A DNA stretch of 64,000 nt, from positions 66,898,001 through 66,962,000 of the forward strand of contig NC_043000.1 in the NCBI RefSeq assembly GCF_006345805.1. Direction: 5' to 3'. Position numbers and translations under genes: made by a program. Source of the DNA: Octopus sinensis. Taxonomy: Eukaryota. This document shows, in pieces, positions 35,764-48,639 of this stretch. The stretch's first letter is position 1; each line of letters opens with the position of its first letter. The notes beneath the pieces are model-generated. The model was not told where the DNA came from. It saw only the letters and a program-made list of their open reading frames with translations, and searched no databases.

Positions 35764-37269
35764 TAATATTAGAGAAGGCTTTCAAATCAGGATGACAAGT
35801 TTCCTTGTGATGTTTATAAATACATAAATAGTATCACTGTAGTTGATATTCAGAGGAGCATTTAAATTGCAAATTTCTTGGTGTATACAATTGTCATCCT
35901 CTTAAGATTTTGCTTGGCATATGTGTTAACAAGGGAACCCTTTTGCAGTCACTCAACCTGCTTGGAGTACTAGACAAAATCTCACTCAAATCGCATCCTA
36001 CTATTTCAACAATGGGAGGATACGTTAGATAAAGTAGTACTAGATAAATTTTTGATAAAAGATATTCTGGTCTGACCTGGGCTAAGCAGCAATAATATTA
36101 CCAATTACTTTAATTTCGGGGAAGGGGTTAAGTCAATTACATTGACCCCAGTACTCAACTCATACTCCAAGAGGATGAAAGGAATTTGAACTCAGAACAC
36201 AAATATGGACAAAATGCCGCTAAGCATTTTGCCCAGCCTGCTAACAATTCTGCCAGCTCACTGCTTTCATTGTTTCAATCATATTGGCCAGTACAAGACC
36301 CTCTACACAATGAAAGATATTTTCGTATGACTGGACCTCAGCAGTATTTGTTGGTAGTGAAAGTTACCTATTGTCAAGTCAGATGTAGAACTACCTTAGT
36401 AGTCAAGGCAGACCAAAGATATGATGTAAGATCAATATATATATATATTCAATGCATGATAGTAAGGAGAATCAAATGTGGAACTAATGACATCAATGAT
36501 GAAATCACTTTGACCTGAATCACAGCATGGTGATGTTCTTTATATGTAAGCAGTCATATTACATTAAGTTACATTAAGATGTTTACTGCTATTGCTCATC
36601 AATATTATTAGTAGTGTGTAAAAAAGAATAATATTTTCATGTTTTAGCATGTACTATTAAATGAAATTAGGTTGTTTTTGAGGTTTTATTCCTGGCAGGT
36701 GTTTTTTTAGCCACAGGCCAAGCCTTATCAAAGGTATTCCAAGCATGACCACCCTGTCTTTTATTCAAGCAAACACTATATATCAAGGACTTTTTTTAAA
36801 TAGTAGGATGTAATATGAAGGAAATTTGGCTGCTATTTTTAGTAGTTTGAGTGAGACTTCCTCATTGGCTTGTGAAGGCAGTTGTCATGGTTATTATGTG
36901 AATGATATTTATGTGAAAGAGAAAGAGGAGTTTTACCCTTTAGCATTTAAACTGGCAATATCCAGCCCAAATATTCTTTTATCTTCAAACAAGCCAGATA
37001 CAATTTCTTACACCTACCAAACAATGTCATTCTAAAACTAAACAATCTCATCATCAAAATTTTAAAGCAGTAAAATTTTAATGCATGACAAATTCAAAAC
37101 CATGTGAATAAATAAGCATTACATTTGACTGAATGCCAAATGTCAGCTACATGAATTGTTCCTAGTGTGTGTTTTAGTGAGGTTCATTCTGTTGCAAGCA
37201 TTCACTTAAATTTTTTTGTTCTTTGCAGATGTTCAGCTTGAACATTATAGCAATATTAATGTGCCAATT

Positions 37270-37650
37270 TCTAACTGTGGAAGGGGTAGACCCAAGAAGT
37301 CATGATATCAGGTGGTGAAGCATGATCTTCGAATGTTGGGCCTCATGGAAGCAATGATAAGTGACCAAGACTTTTGGTGATATGCCATGCTTGAGAAGAT
37401 CCATCAAGCCAAGTAAAATCATAGTCGTGGCCAATACTGGTGTCACGTAACTGGCACCTGTGCTGGTGGTATGTAAAAATCACCCATTACTCTCTTGGAG
37501 TGGTTAGCATTAGGAAGGGCATCCAGTTGTAGAAACCATGCCAGCTCAGACTGGAACTTGGTGTAACACCCCAGTTTACCAGTTTTCTGTCAGACCGTCC
37601 AACCCATGCCAGTTTGTAAAGCAGATGTTAAATGATGATGATGATTATGA
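37270..37650 (+). mobile_element. RTE 3' fragment with (GAT)n tail
   Basis: CGRGRPKKS coding end, AGGAAGGGCATCCAG tail motif, ATGATGATGAT end. Confidence 0.75.
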
Positions 37651-38579
37651 TAATCTCACCAAATTGGCAGGACTTGCAAGGTTGATCAGCATTGTCCCCT
37701 TTTCTTTGACTAACTCGTTATAAATGGAATCACTTTCATAATGAAAACAAAACTAAATCTATGAATTTCAGTTATTTGCTAATTCCTAAGATGCCACTGA
37801 TGGTGTTGATGGCCCTGAATAAGGAGTTGTTCTTAGTCCTAGGGGTCAAGCGAATATATAATCAAAGATGCTCCACTATGACTATTTAACCTTTTCTTTT
37901 TTTCCCTAGAAAGACATAGTGCTATTAGGGCTAGTTTTTACAATGTCCTTCCTTTTTTGAGGCAGATGTGTCTGCTGGATGAGTGACCATGTAGAAGCTA
38001 CCATATAATTGTCATTTGCCAAGTTTCAGTCACAAGGTTTTGGATGACCTGAACCTGTGGTAGAAGGTACTTCTAAAGTGCTTGTGGTGGGATTGAACCA
38101 AGATTTACATGGTTGTGAAGTGAACTTTTTAACCAGTGTGAGTGAATTGGGTGATGGTTGCCATTCTCAATATTGTTGTTATTAATCAAGCAGACCTATA
38201 ATCAAAGATGTTTCAGTTATGTCTCTTCTTGTTTTATTTTCATTTTTTCTGAGATAATGTATTATGAACTATATTATCCAATGTGTTCTTTTTTTAAGAC
38301 AGTAGGCTGTGATTTGAGGAAGATTTTGCTGCTATTTTAAGCAGGTCAAGTAACCACATAACAACTTTCCCTTGTTGTCTCATGCTGTAAAATAAAGAAC
38401 TGATGTCAATTGAATGAACAAAGACTTGAATTGTCAAATAAACAGTCCATAAAAATATACAATTATTAACCTTTTGCTACCATATTTCTGTTGAAATATA
38501 CTTCCATTGTTTAATTTTTTTTTTTATGAAAATCCCAAACAATGTGAGAAACCACTTAGTGTAAGGGATTATCTAGAAG

Positions 38580-39230
38580 GAAAAGTTAAGTTAAGACAAA
38601 AGGAATGAATTTACTTGAGACTTGAAAGAGTTTGAGTCATAAGATGGAAGAGAGTTTGGCAGTTTGAGGGAAAAAGCCGTGACCAGAGAAAGACTTCCAT
38701 ATTCATGGAAGTACAACAGCTTTTGGATGAAGATGCTGTGTGTTTTGAGTCAGGTGAGATGGCACAAAGTGATCTGGAACTAAGAGAGAAAGTTCATCAG
38801 AACACTTCCAATAGTAATAACAATAGAAAGACTAAGACTAATATCATGTTGTTGTGACAAGGATTACAAAGTTGAAGCAAGAGAGGGATCAATCAAATTA
38901 GAGACTTGCTTCTGAACCCAGCTCAAGGAAAGTTAAATGACCAGATGGGGTACCTACTAAATATGACCACAGTATTCCTTACAAGGATGATTTGTGGACT
39001 TGTACAGATACAAAATAGCCTCACATGTAAGGCAGTACTTTGACCTATACAATGACTCAACATTACAGAAAGCAGATCTACCTATTGACTGTGTATAAGA
39101 AAGATCAGGTGAGAAAGTAAGACCAGGCAGTTTCAAAGACTTTTCCTCAAATGGTTTGACTGTCTCACCATGTGATACATCAGGCTTAATGAAGGACATA
39201 TCTTGCCAAGGTTGAAAGTCACTAACCACC
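38580..39230 (-). mobile_element. CR1/L2-like LINE 3' relic
   Basis: AILYLYKSTNHPCKEYCGHI resembles the LYKxxIRPxxEYCxxxW motif. Confidence 0.6.
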
Positions 39231-40518
39231 TCTTACCCCATTTTTAATTTTGAAAATAATAAAGAATTTAGTAAAATATTCTTGTCATTATTACAATTAA
39301 TGTTTCGAACAAATTAATATGAAATTTTGATGGAATGCTTTTGTACCTTAAAACAAAGTCTGTATCATTGAATCATGAGTGGTGTGAGGCAATTTGGATT
39401 TAACCTTTTAACATTTAAACCAGCCATATCAGGCCTAAACATTCTACCTGTTTTGTGTTCAAACTAGCCAGATCTGGCTTCTCACACCTTCCCTACAATG
39501 TTATTGTAAAAATAAACAATCACAACATTGAAATCTCAAAGTTATGAGATAAATAAGCATTACATTTGACAGAGTAAACTGAATGCTGAAGGATTAATGT
39601 CATTCACATCAGTGATGAAAGAATTAATATCTCACAATCAGATGAAGGTTCAATATAAACAAGATCCTTACTTCTTTTTTCCATGTGCCCATTCTCCAAA
39701 CTTCATTACTGACTTTGCCTTTCATCCTTCCCTGGTCAATAAAGTAAATACCAGTCAGATACTGAGGTTCAATATAATATATACAATCTTTCACCAAAAC
39801 TTGTATACATGTCCATATGCTTGGAATTGTTTTTACCTATTTGGAATCTCACTACAGTCAGCTTAACTTTTGATCTTCTGAGAATGATAAAGTAAATAGC
39901 AACCAAGTAGTGGGGTTGAGTTAGTTGTTTAAACCTAAAATATGTGGTCTTGTACTTACCTATATTATATGTTTTTTTGCTACTTTTGCAGATTCCCATG
40001 CCTCTATCACCATCAAATTCCATTATTATGAATTTGAATTGAGAACTTGAGTGATAGTTAATCTTCAGTAGCTGATTACATAATCATGGGTGCCACCCCA
40101 GCGGATGTGTTGCAGTTACTCTCTGATCTTGACCATTAATCTAGTATTCCTCCACTCAGCATCGGTGTAAGAAGCACCATTGGTTCAGTTGAGTTTTTTT
40201 GTTACCTCTTCACAATCCACCATGCTGCAGTCTCACAACTTCACCATATTCCTAGCAGGGGGTGGGGGAAGGTTGCTGAATGGGTGCTATGCTTTGCCAA
40301 AGGGCAGCCCATAACTATGCAAGAAATAGGTCTTACTCTGTGAGGTATTTTCAAATTACCTGCATACCCAGATGTTAAAAAAAAAAGTAAATAGGTATTA
40401 TTATGTTACTGTGTGTGGCCATCTACCTACCTATATTAGAATTAAGTTTTGTTATGATTCTATTGTTAAAGTTTATTAACAAAGTGTTTTCATTTTCTTC
40501 CATTTTATTTTTGTTTAG

Positions 40519-40578
40519 CATGTACTTGTATTGGTTTCATTTAATGTTGATGCCTTGTGTGCTTGCAAGATCCTGCAG
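40519..40578 (+). CDS. CDC45: CDC45 coding exon 2
   Basis: ag|HVLVLVSFNVDALCACKILQ|gt; VDALCACKILQ is the conserved CDC45 motif. Confidence 0.95.
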
Positions 40579-40798
40579 GTTAGTATAATTGATTCTGCAT
40601 ATTTTGATATAATTTATATTAATTTACAAAAAATTGCTCTTTATACAAAAAAATAAATTATTTAACCTCTTCAAGGTCATATTTCTGTTGAAATACACTG
40701 TCTATTCTGTTGTGTCTGGGGAGAGTCATTTTCTTTTGTGCCTTATAATTTAACACACTCACTGGTAAAACTTCCACTTATTCCTTATTTTTATTTTC

Positions 40799-40835
40799 CT
40801 AAAATTTTCGTTGCGTCTTGCAGCCTTTTCAATAG
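40799..40835 (-). ncRNA. Minimal HHR, U3-A8 core variant, antisense in CDC45 intron 2
   Basis: CUA-UUGAAAA-G-GCUGC-AAGAC-GCAAC-GAAA-AU-UU-UAG; one C.A mismatch in stem II. Confidence 0.55.
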
Positions 40836-41371
40836 TCTTGACTCTGTCCATTATTTACACTGTGTTCCTTTTTGTTTGTTTGTGGATCAGTGTGTGTGTG
40901 TGCCTATGCATGCCATGCGTTTATGTATGTTTGCATGCATGTTTGTGTATGCATATGTATGTGTGTGCATCTGTATGTATGTATTCTGCATGTTCATGTG
41001 CTTGCATGTCCGTGCTTGTGTATGTATTTTTTTATGTATGTGTGTGTGTGTGTGTTTGTATACATATGCACCTCTGTCTCCTTGTGTATGTGTGTGTGTG
41101 TTTTGCAACTATATACCATGTTTGTATGTATGGATGTGCATCTCCATGTGTGGACACATGTCTCCATATGTGTCCTTGTGTGAAGTAAAGTGTGTGTGTA
41201 TATATGGTCATGTGTTTCAGTCTCCATTTGCATATGTGTGCTTGTCTGTTCATATAACCTATGTATCTATACATCTGTATGTTGATCTGTTTATTTTCAT
41301 ATCTATATGCTTACATACATGTATATACACCCCCACACACACATACATACATCTATCTACATAACAGCCCA

Positions 41372-42132
41372 CTAACTATTCTACTCTACCTGTGTAAAAT
41401 GTGGGTATGGTAGTTGTCTATAACTTTAAATTAATTTTGAAAAAAATGAAAAATTTGTAAGGATTTTTGTAAAATGACTTTTTCTGATAAGTTTGTATGT
41501 GAAGATGCATATCTTAATTGTTTAATGGTATTCAGCTTATGATTGTTAGGTTGTAAGTCTGATTCTCAGTGGTGCATTGAATCCTTGAACAAGACACTTT
41601 ATTTCACATTGCTCCAGTCCACTCAGCTGGTAAAAATGAGTTATACTTGTAATTCTAAGGGCCAGCCTTGTAACATTTTATGTCATGCTGAATCCCCTTG
41701 AGAACTATGGGGGAGAGTCAAAAATTATACTCATTCTTGTTTTTTCAATGTATTTACACAAAAGTAGGGGATAAACAAGTACGTCATTTTTCTGTATAGT
41801 CTTCTTTCTTTATGACGCACTTGGTCCAGTGGCTCACAAGTCTGCGTATTCCCTCCAAGAAGAAGGTTTCTGGTTGGTCGTGCAACTATTTATGCACCAC
41901 TTTCTTCATATCTTCATCCGTAGGAAATCAATGACCTCGTAAACCATCTTTAATGAATGACATCTACAGTTTTTTTGTTTCAGTATGTTGGTAAAGTTTT
42001 GAAAACAAATATAAAACATTTTACGTTTCACTTCTTTGTTTTACATCTGTTGTTGGAAATATTGTAAAAGTTTTGACTGAGTTAATTCACTAAAGTGTAT
42101 GTGTTAACTGATAGGTAAAAATTCAGTAAGCA

Positions 42133-42166
<34 letters not shown>

Positions 42167-42450
42167 GTCCCTCTCTGTCTCTTCCTGTCTCCTCCCCTTC
42201 CCTGATATCAGCCACCCTCATTCTGCCACCACATTTCCTTCAACCTAACACTTTTGTACCCTTCTCATTTTATTATATAATAGTCCAACCCCTGTAGGGG
42301 ACCAATTAGTGAGTTTTATTGAAATCCAATTAGCCTATAATTGAACTGGATGTTAGTTTAACATGTATGCAAACTTTTGTGAAGATTGGTTTGCTAGTTT
42401 AGGCAGTAAGATGGTAACAGTCAGACAGAAATTGCCATTTATATATAAGA
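41372..42450 (-). mobile_element. Old non-autonomous Helitron with nested SINE and mariner pieces
   Basis: A|TCTTATATATAAA start at 42450; decayed hairpin ACCCACATTTTACACAGGT then TTAG|T at 41372. Confidence 0.55.
41707..41952 (-). mobile_element. mariner 3' end fragment
   Basis: LRG..FPTDEDMKKVVH...ETFFLEGIRRLVSHWTKCV...DYTEK stop, followed by TIR-like sequence. Confidence 0.75.
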
Positions 42451-42939
42451 TATAATATGATTAACTTCTTTATCATTTTCCACCTACCAAAACCTCATAA
42501 GGTTTTGATCAAGCTGGGGCTATAGATGAGGACACTTAATCAAGGTGACTAAAAGAGTTAGCAACCGGAAGAGCATCCAAGTAGAAAACACTGCCCTAGA
42601 AAACCTGTCTAATCTGTGCTAGATGGAAAAGTGGGCATAAAATGATGTTCAATGATGAGATTGTGAGTTCTGTTTATTTATGCCATGTAGATCAATCAGG
42701 TTCTATATGATGGGTAAAATGTGTCTTCATGATGGCAATTTAACATTATTTTTTTGTTTTGGTTTTCAATATTAGTTCGTTTGGCTATTATATGGTATTT
42801 CTATGCATTGCACAATTGACATTGTATTGCTCCATTTATGTAGGACATGCTTTGTTTAATGATTGACTAATTGGTATAGAAATGATCAAAAATTATTTCC
42901 TTAACTGAAAAATATTTGAATTTCGTTTTTTTATTGCAG

Positions 42940-43032
42940 TATTTATTCCAGTGTGACCAAGTGTTGTACTCTATCATCCCTATTACAGGAAAAGAAAGTC
43001 TTGAAACTGCTTTTATGGATAATTGTGAAGGG
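42940..43032 (+). CDS. CDC45: CDC45 coding exon 3
   Basis: cag|YLFQCDQVLYSIIPITGKESLETAFMDNCEG|gt; matches LFQCD..Y...P..G...LETAF. Confidence 0.95.
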
Positions 43033-44279
43033 GTATGTTTCAGCTTTAATGTTGTATATCTTTATAAGTGTTCTGTCTATGTTTCTGGAAATAAAAGTCT
43101 TACACCTTATTTGTGTGTATTGTAGGAGTCATTTCTCATTATATCTCAGATATTTTATTATAGTCTATGTTACTCTGTGTAAATTATACTGTTATGCATA
43201 TCAATGAGTAGTTGTATACTGGAAATCTTTGGTTTTTAATAATCTATAATAATGTCATAAAACAATGGAATATGATAGTGTGTGTTTTTTAAATGGCTAA
43301 CATGAACTATCCTATGATGTGGTTGTTTCATTTTCATGGAGAAATAATACTCCTCCTATATGCACGTGAATATGTATATATATATGTTAATTATTTTTCT
43401 GATTCCAAACAGGAATTCCAATTTTTGCACTACTGTTTCGACAGTGTTATATGCAGTTGCCATGAGTGATTACCTGCAGTTAAGAAATGTAACATTTATA
43501 CTGTATTTAACCCTTCATTTACTTGGTTTTGAATAAATAATGCATTATATTATAGATCCTGTGCCAGTGCTGCATTTACATGCCCATGTTGGTGCTACGT
43601 AAAAAGCACCCAGCACACACTGTTAAGTGATTGGCATTGGGAAGGGCATCCAGCTGTAGAAACCATACCACATCAGACATTTGGAGTCCGGACAGATCCC
43701 TGCTAGCCAGCTCCATGTCAAACCATCCAACCCATGCCAGCATGGAGAGCAGATATTAAAAGATGATGATGATTGTGTATTTTCAGAATGAAATTAGGGT
43801 AGGCATGGGAGACTGGATTATTTTTGCCTTTTTGATTGTAAAACAGGTATGATATTTGGGTTGAATATAGCCTGTTTACATGCTAAAGAGCTAAGTGTGC
43901 AATGTTCATAACGAGAGGGTGTGAAAGAGTATACTGTTTTCAAGATATGTGTTGAAAACAAGTTTTGTTGTTAAAATAAACTGTAAAACTCCAGTCAGGA
44001 AGAGAAAGCACACTCAGGCAGACACTTGCATAGGTACGATGGGCTTTTGTGCTATCTTTGTGGACCAATTCTTGCTCAGTCAATCTGAGGCTGTAGAAGA
44101 TATTTGCCTAAGGTTATTTAAATTTGAAATTGGGGAAGGTAAACACATCGCTATATATGTGATTATTACTACTACTACTACTACTATTATTATTATTATC
44201 ATCAATAATATCAATATGCCAACTTTCTGTTTTTGTATGTACCTGTTGTGTGTGTCACACTTCAAAGAAGTGGCAAAGC

Positions 44280-44550
44280 GAGAGAGAGGAAGTGAGAGAA
44301 AAAGAGAGAGAGTGAAAGAGACAATGAGTGGTGGTGGTGTTCATTTTGTGTTTTTAAATGTTTCAGAGAGGAAGTAAGAGAGAAAGAGGGAGAGAGTGAA
44401 AGAGACAGTGAGTGGTGACAGCATTCATTTTGTGCTTTTAAATGTTTCAGAGAGGACGTAAGAGAAAAAGAAAGAGAGTGAGAGAGAGAGAGAAAGAGTG
44501 AAAGAGACTGAGTGGTGACGGCGTTTGTTTTGTGTTTTTAAATGTTTATC
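44280..44550. repeat. Three ~100-bp GA-rich tandem units
   Basis: GAGTGAAAGAGAC..GAGTGGTG...TTTGTG.TTTTAAATGTTT repeated three times. Confidence 0.75.
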
Positions 44551-45154
44551 ACATCGCAAGAGTAGATACATAGATACATATACACATTGTTAAATCAAAA
44601 GCAGAAGAGAAGAGGGACACAAAGGAAGTGAAAGAGAAAGTAGATACATAAATCCAAAGGAAAGTTCATACATAAAGTGCTCACAGCAAGTATTGGATGT
44701 CAGTTTCACTTTTCATTACCACACAAGGATAAAAATTAACTCACAGATGGCAGAGTTCTCCACAGACATGCATAACATTAACGTAGTTTTCAGGGAGATT
44801 GAACCTCACACAGAATATGACAAGGCTGACCCCTTTGAATTACAGCTACAACTTGAGACATATATATATGAATGTATTTGTGTCTGTGTATAGTTTAGGC
44901 TAGTTAAAACATGTTTGAAATAATAAGTGTTGCATGATGGAAATAAATGCAATTACCAAACTTGCATTCATAAATCCATTTATTATTTTGTTCGTTTGCA
45001 TTTCAATTTGTACATCAAGGTTCTTTGAATATGTACAATGTATTTTAAGGTTAAATAGTAATTCCATTTACTTTTGTGTAACTGAGATATTTTGGTTGGA
45101 TTACATTGTCATTGGTATCACATTACTTTCTATATTCTGTAACTGTCACAATAT

Positions 45155-45300
45155 ACTTTTCTAGGCCTGAATTTTTTGTGGGGTGGGGGCCAGTTGATTA
45201 GATCGACCCCAGTACACAACTGATAATTTATTGACCCCGAAAGGACGAAGGGCAAAGTCGATCTCGGCAGAATTTGAACTCAGAATGTAAAGACAGATGG
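45155..45300 (-). mobile_element. Truncated SINE (373-725 family)
   Basis: ATCGACCCCAGT...GACCCCGAAAGGA...GAATTTGAACTCAGAA. Confidence 0.75.
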
Positions 45301-45421
45301 TCATAATATACAAACATTTTTCATGGCACCAGTTCACTGTTTGCAGATGCTTTCATTTTTTGTGTTTTCTGTAAATTTTTCTTGGGTCCAACTAGTTGTT
45401 GTTATTATTATTATTATTATT

Positions 45422-45640
45422 AAGGCAATGAGCTGGCAGAATCGTTAGCACGCTGGGCAAAATGCTTAGCAGTATTTCGTCCATCTATATTTTCTGAGTT
45501 CAAGTTCAACCAAGGTCGACTTTGCCTTTTATCCTTTCAGGATCAATAAAATAAGTACTAGTTGAATACTGGTGTTGATGTACTCGGCTTATCCCATCCC
45601 CACCAAATTTCAGGCCTTGTACCTATAGTAGAAAGGATGT
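45422..45640 (+). mobile_element. Full-length SINE (373-725 family) ending ~15 nt before the exon 4 acceptor
   Basis: AAGGCAATGAGCTGGCAGAATCG head to ...GTAGAAAGGAT tail. Confidence 0.8.
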
Positions 45641-45654
45641 TACTTTATTTTTAG

Positions 45655-45749
45655 GTTAAACATATTGTCATGATCAACTGTGGGGCATCTTTTGACGTTG
45701 TGGAGTTGTTGCAACCTGAGAAAGATGTGTGTTTCTACATTTTTGACAG
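45655..45749 (+). CDS. CDC45: CDC45 coding exon 4
   Basis: ag|VKHIVMINCGASFDVVELLQPEKDVCFYIFD-AG|gt; INCG motif; phase 2. Confidence 0.95.
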
Positions 45750-46234
45750 GTAAAATATATTTTTATTCATTGAGTCATGTCTACATGTCTGTACTGTTCT
45801 GGATATATAATGTAAATGGATGACATATGAGCTTTATCTTTTAGTCTTTCAGCATCTTGGGCAAGTTTTTTTTACTATAGTTTCATGTCAGCCCAAGTCT
45901 TGTGAGTGAAATTGGGTAAATGGAAACTGTGTGGAAGCCCAGTGGATTCATAGGTCCAGCCACGTCATGCTGAATCAGCTTGAATTATATTATGGGTATG
46001 AGTTTCTGCAGAATACACAGCTACTTACCTGTTAATTTAATGTATAAGTAGGTCAGATGATAGAAGAACTGAATGCTTATTGTTAAAACCAACAAAGGAT
46101 CACTCATTAGAGAGAGCAAAAGAAACTTGTTTATTCTATATCGCAATTAGTCAACTTTAGCATCAATTGTTACACATTTTCAACAGGGCAATTACTGATC
46201 TATTGCATTTCTGATGATCAAAGTCATAAAGGAG

Positions 46235-46381
46235 CACCAGAAGCTTGCTTCCCAACCACATGGTTCCAGGTTCAGTCCCACTACGTGGCACCTTGGGCAA
46301 GTGTCTTCTATGGTCTTGGGCTGACCAAAGCCTTGTGAATGGATTTGGCAGACAGAAACTGAAAGAAACCTGACGTGTGTG

Positions 46382-46424
<43 letters not shown>

Positions 46425-46535
46425 GGGGGGGGCATGTGTCCATGTTTGTCCCCTCCTCTAAGTTCTGGGGTCAATTTGTTCGATTAAAACCCTTCAAGGT
46501 AGTGCTCCAGTATGACTGAAGCAAGTAAAAGAAAA
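46235..46535 (+). mobile_element. CORE-type SINE, internally deleted
   Basis: GGTTCAGTCCC, GCACCTTGGGCAAGTGTCTT, tail GACTGAAGCAAGTAAAAG. Confidence 0.75.
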
Positions 46536-48121
46536 AAGAATAAAAGAATTAAATTCAAGAAAAAGTGATTGCTTTTGGTAAGCCTGTTAGCTGTGTGTTA
46601 ATAAATGTCAAATGTTTGTAATTGATTGCAGTATTTACCAACAATGGCTTTGAGGATTTTATATGACAATATTTTGAAGGTGCCTAGAGGCCTAGAGAAT
46701 AAAGTCTATTTTGTCAGCATTAACTCAATATTGAAATAGACTGCATACAAAAAATATGTATGAATATAAAACAAAAACTCCAATTAACCCTTTAACACTC
46801 AAATCAGCCCAAAGCATCTGGCCCAAATATCCTCCTTGTTTTATATTGAAAGCAGCCAGATCAAGCCTCTCATACCTACCGTACAATGTTATTCTAAAAT
46901 GTAAACAGTCACATCATTGAAGTCTAAAGTCCCTAATGATGAATCTATGCTGGGAGGTACATTCTTCACCGGGAAATCTTTGTATTTAGGAGCAACCATG
47001 TAAATTGGGAAAGGGACATGGGAAGGAGAGATGGTATTCAGCACCTGAAAAGAAGGTTTCAATCTTCGTTTGATAACAGATATATCACATCAGCTGTATT
47101 CACTTTAACCTACCATCATTCAAACATGTTAAACTTGTTGCTCCTATTGGGAGTGAGTGTAATGTAAGCACTGTAAATATGTTATAAGTGTTGTAAATAT
47201 AAGCGTTATTGTTGCAAACATAAATAGGTCAATTTTAAATTAAGTAAATGAGCCATAGTATGGATGGGTGGTGGTGGGTGGGAAAGAGCTATGCAAATCT
47301 TCTGATACAGAAGCCCCTGTAGGGGTTTCTTGTATAAGAGAAGAAATTTCTGGTATTGGTGGTGGAGGCAGGAATGGGTGGGTGCATTGCAGACAAGCAA
47401 TGGCCAGCTTCACCTCAGGAAATAACAGTAAGAAGAGACTAGTGAGACAGAGAGAGAGAGAGAGTCTTGAAAGACTTTATTGCTGGAGGAATCATGAGAA
47501 AGACAAGTTATAAAACAAATCAAGAATGTTTACGAATTTTTGAGAGAGAGGGAGAGATCAGTGAGGAAATCATGGTGAAGTATGGGAACACATGGGTTAT
47601 GAAACAGGGAAAGAATATTGCAAAGATTTAAAGAATTATGAGTTTTGGAGATTATTTTACGAATTAAAGAATTACAAATTTTGAAAATTATTCTAATTCA
47701 AAGTACAGCATGTTAGTATTCTGAGTTAGATGAATGAATGATGAGCGATTAAAACTAGAGAAATTTCTTAGTTTAGCTGGTCATTTTGTGTGGTATAATA
47801 GTGTCAGCAGCAAAGCAAGCAATGTGAAAGTTTGGGAAAAAAACCATGTGCAAAGGGCTCTATATAATCTACAGCCGGAAGTGCTCAAACTACATATAAA
47901 AAAAACCTAACTTTAGGCTCATTTTATATTCTGTGAATAGTGCAATAAAAAGTAAGACCCTCAACTTAGCAAACATTTTTAAGCAATATAATATATGCTG
48001 TATCCATGTTCCCAATAGTGTCTTGCTCAAAGAGCTGTTTTCTGTAAACATAGTTTGTTGCTCTGAAGCACATTTCATAGAACATTTAGTTATCGAAAAA
48101 ATATTTAACTTCCTCTTTCAG

Positions 48122-48236
48122 TCACAGGCCAATTGATGTACATAATGTGTACAATAGTTTACAAGTCAAAGTACTTGTGAAAGAGAATGAAATTACTGAC
48201 ATTCCTGATTATGATACTATCTTTAGAGATGATGAG
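48122..48236 (+). CDS. CDC45: CDC45 coding exon 5
   Basis: Completes DSHRP; HRPIDVHNVYN...IPDYDTIFRDDE|gtaagt. Confidence 0.95.
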
Positions 48237-48639
48237 GTAAGTATTATTTTTATTTATTCATGATCATATGCAGTATTAAACATTTCTTTTCTCTTAGCAG
48301 AAAGTATGAAATACATCTTGGAAATTGTGTATAAAAATTTTTTGAGAGAATTTTCTAGCAATATTGATTTGCTGTGCTACTGCTCTTGCAGTATGATTTG
48401 TTTTTAGGTACTCATATCCATATTTGTATGCAGTTTATTGATGACTGCCTTCAAAGAAGTACTTATTATGTGTCAATCCAGATTTGCCTTATTACAAATT
48501 AAATGTTAATTCATATTCCTGACATATCATAAACATTTTAACTGAGGAGCTAAATCATTTATTGGACCAACTATTTTTTTCAAAACAATTCTGTCAAATG
48601 AGTAAATAGACAAAATTATTAGATTATTAATGAAAGTCA

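Noticed and set aside
47039-47096. HHR-like fold on minus strand (CAG-CUGAUGU...GAAA-CCU...AGG-UG-CUG)
   Set aside because: A9 changed and GUG triplet is non-cleavable; may be a decayed relic but too weak to call.
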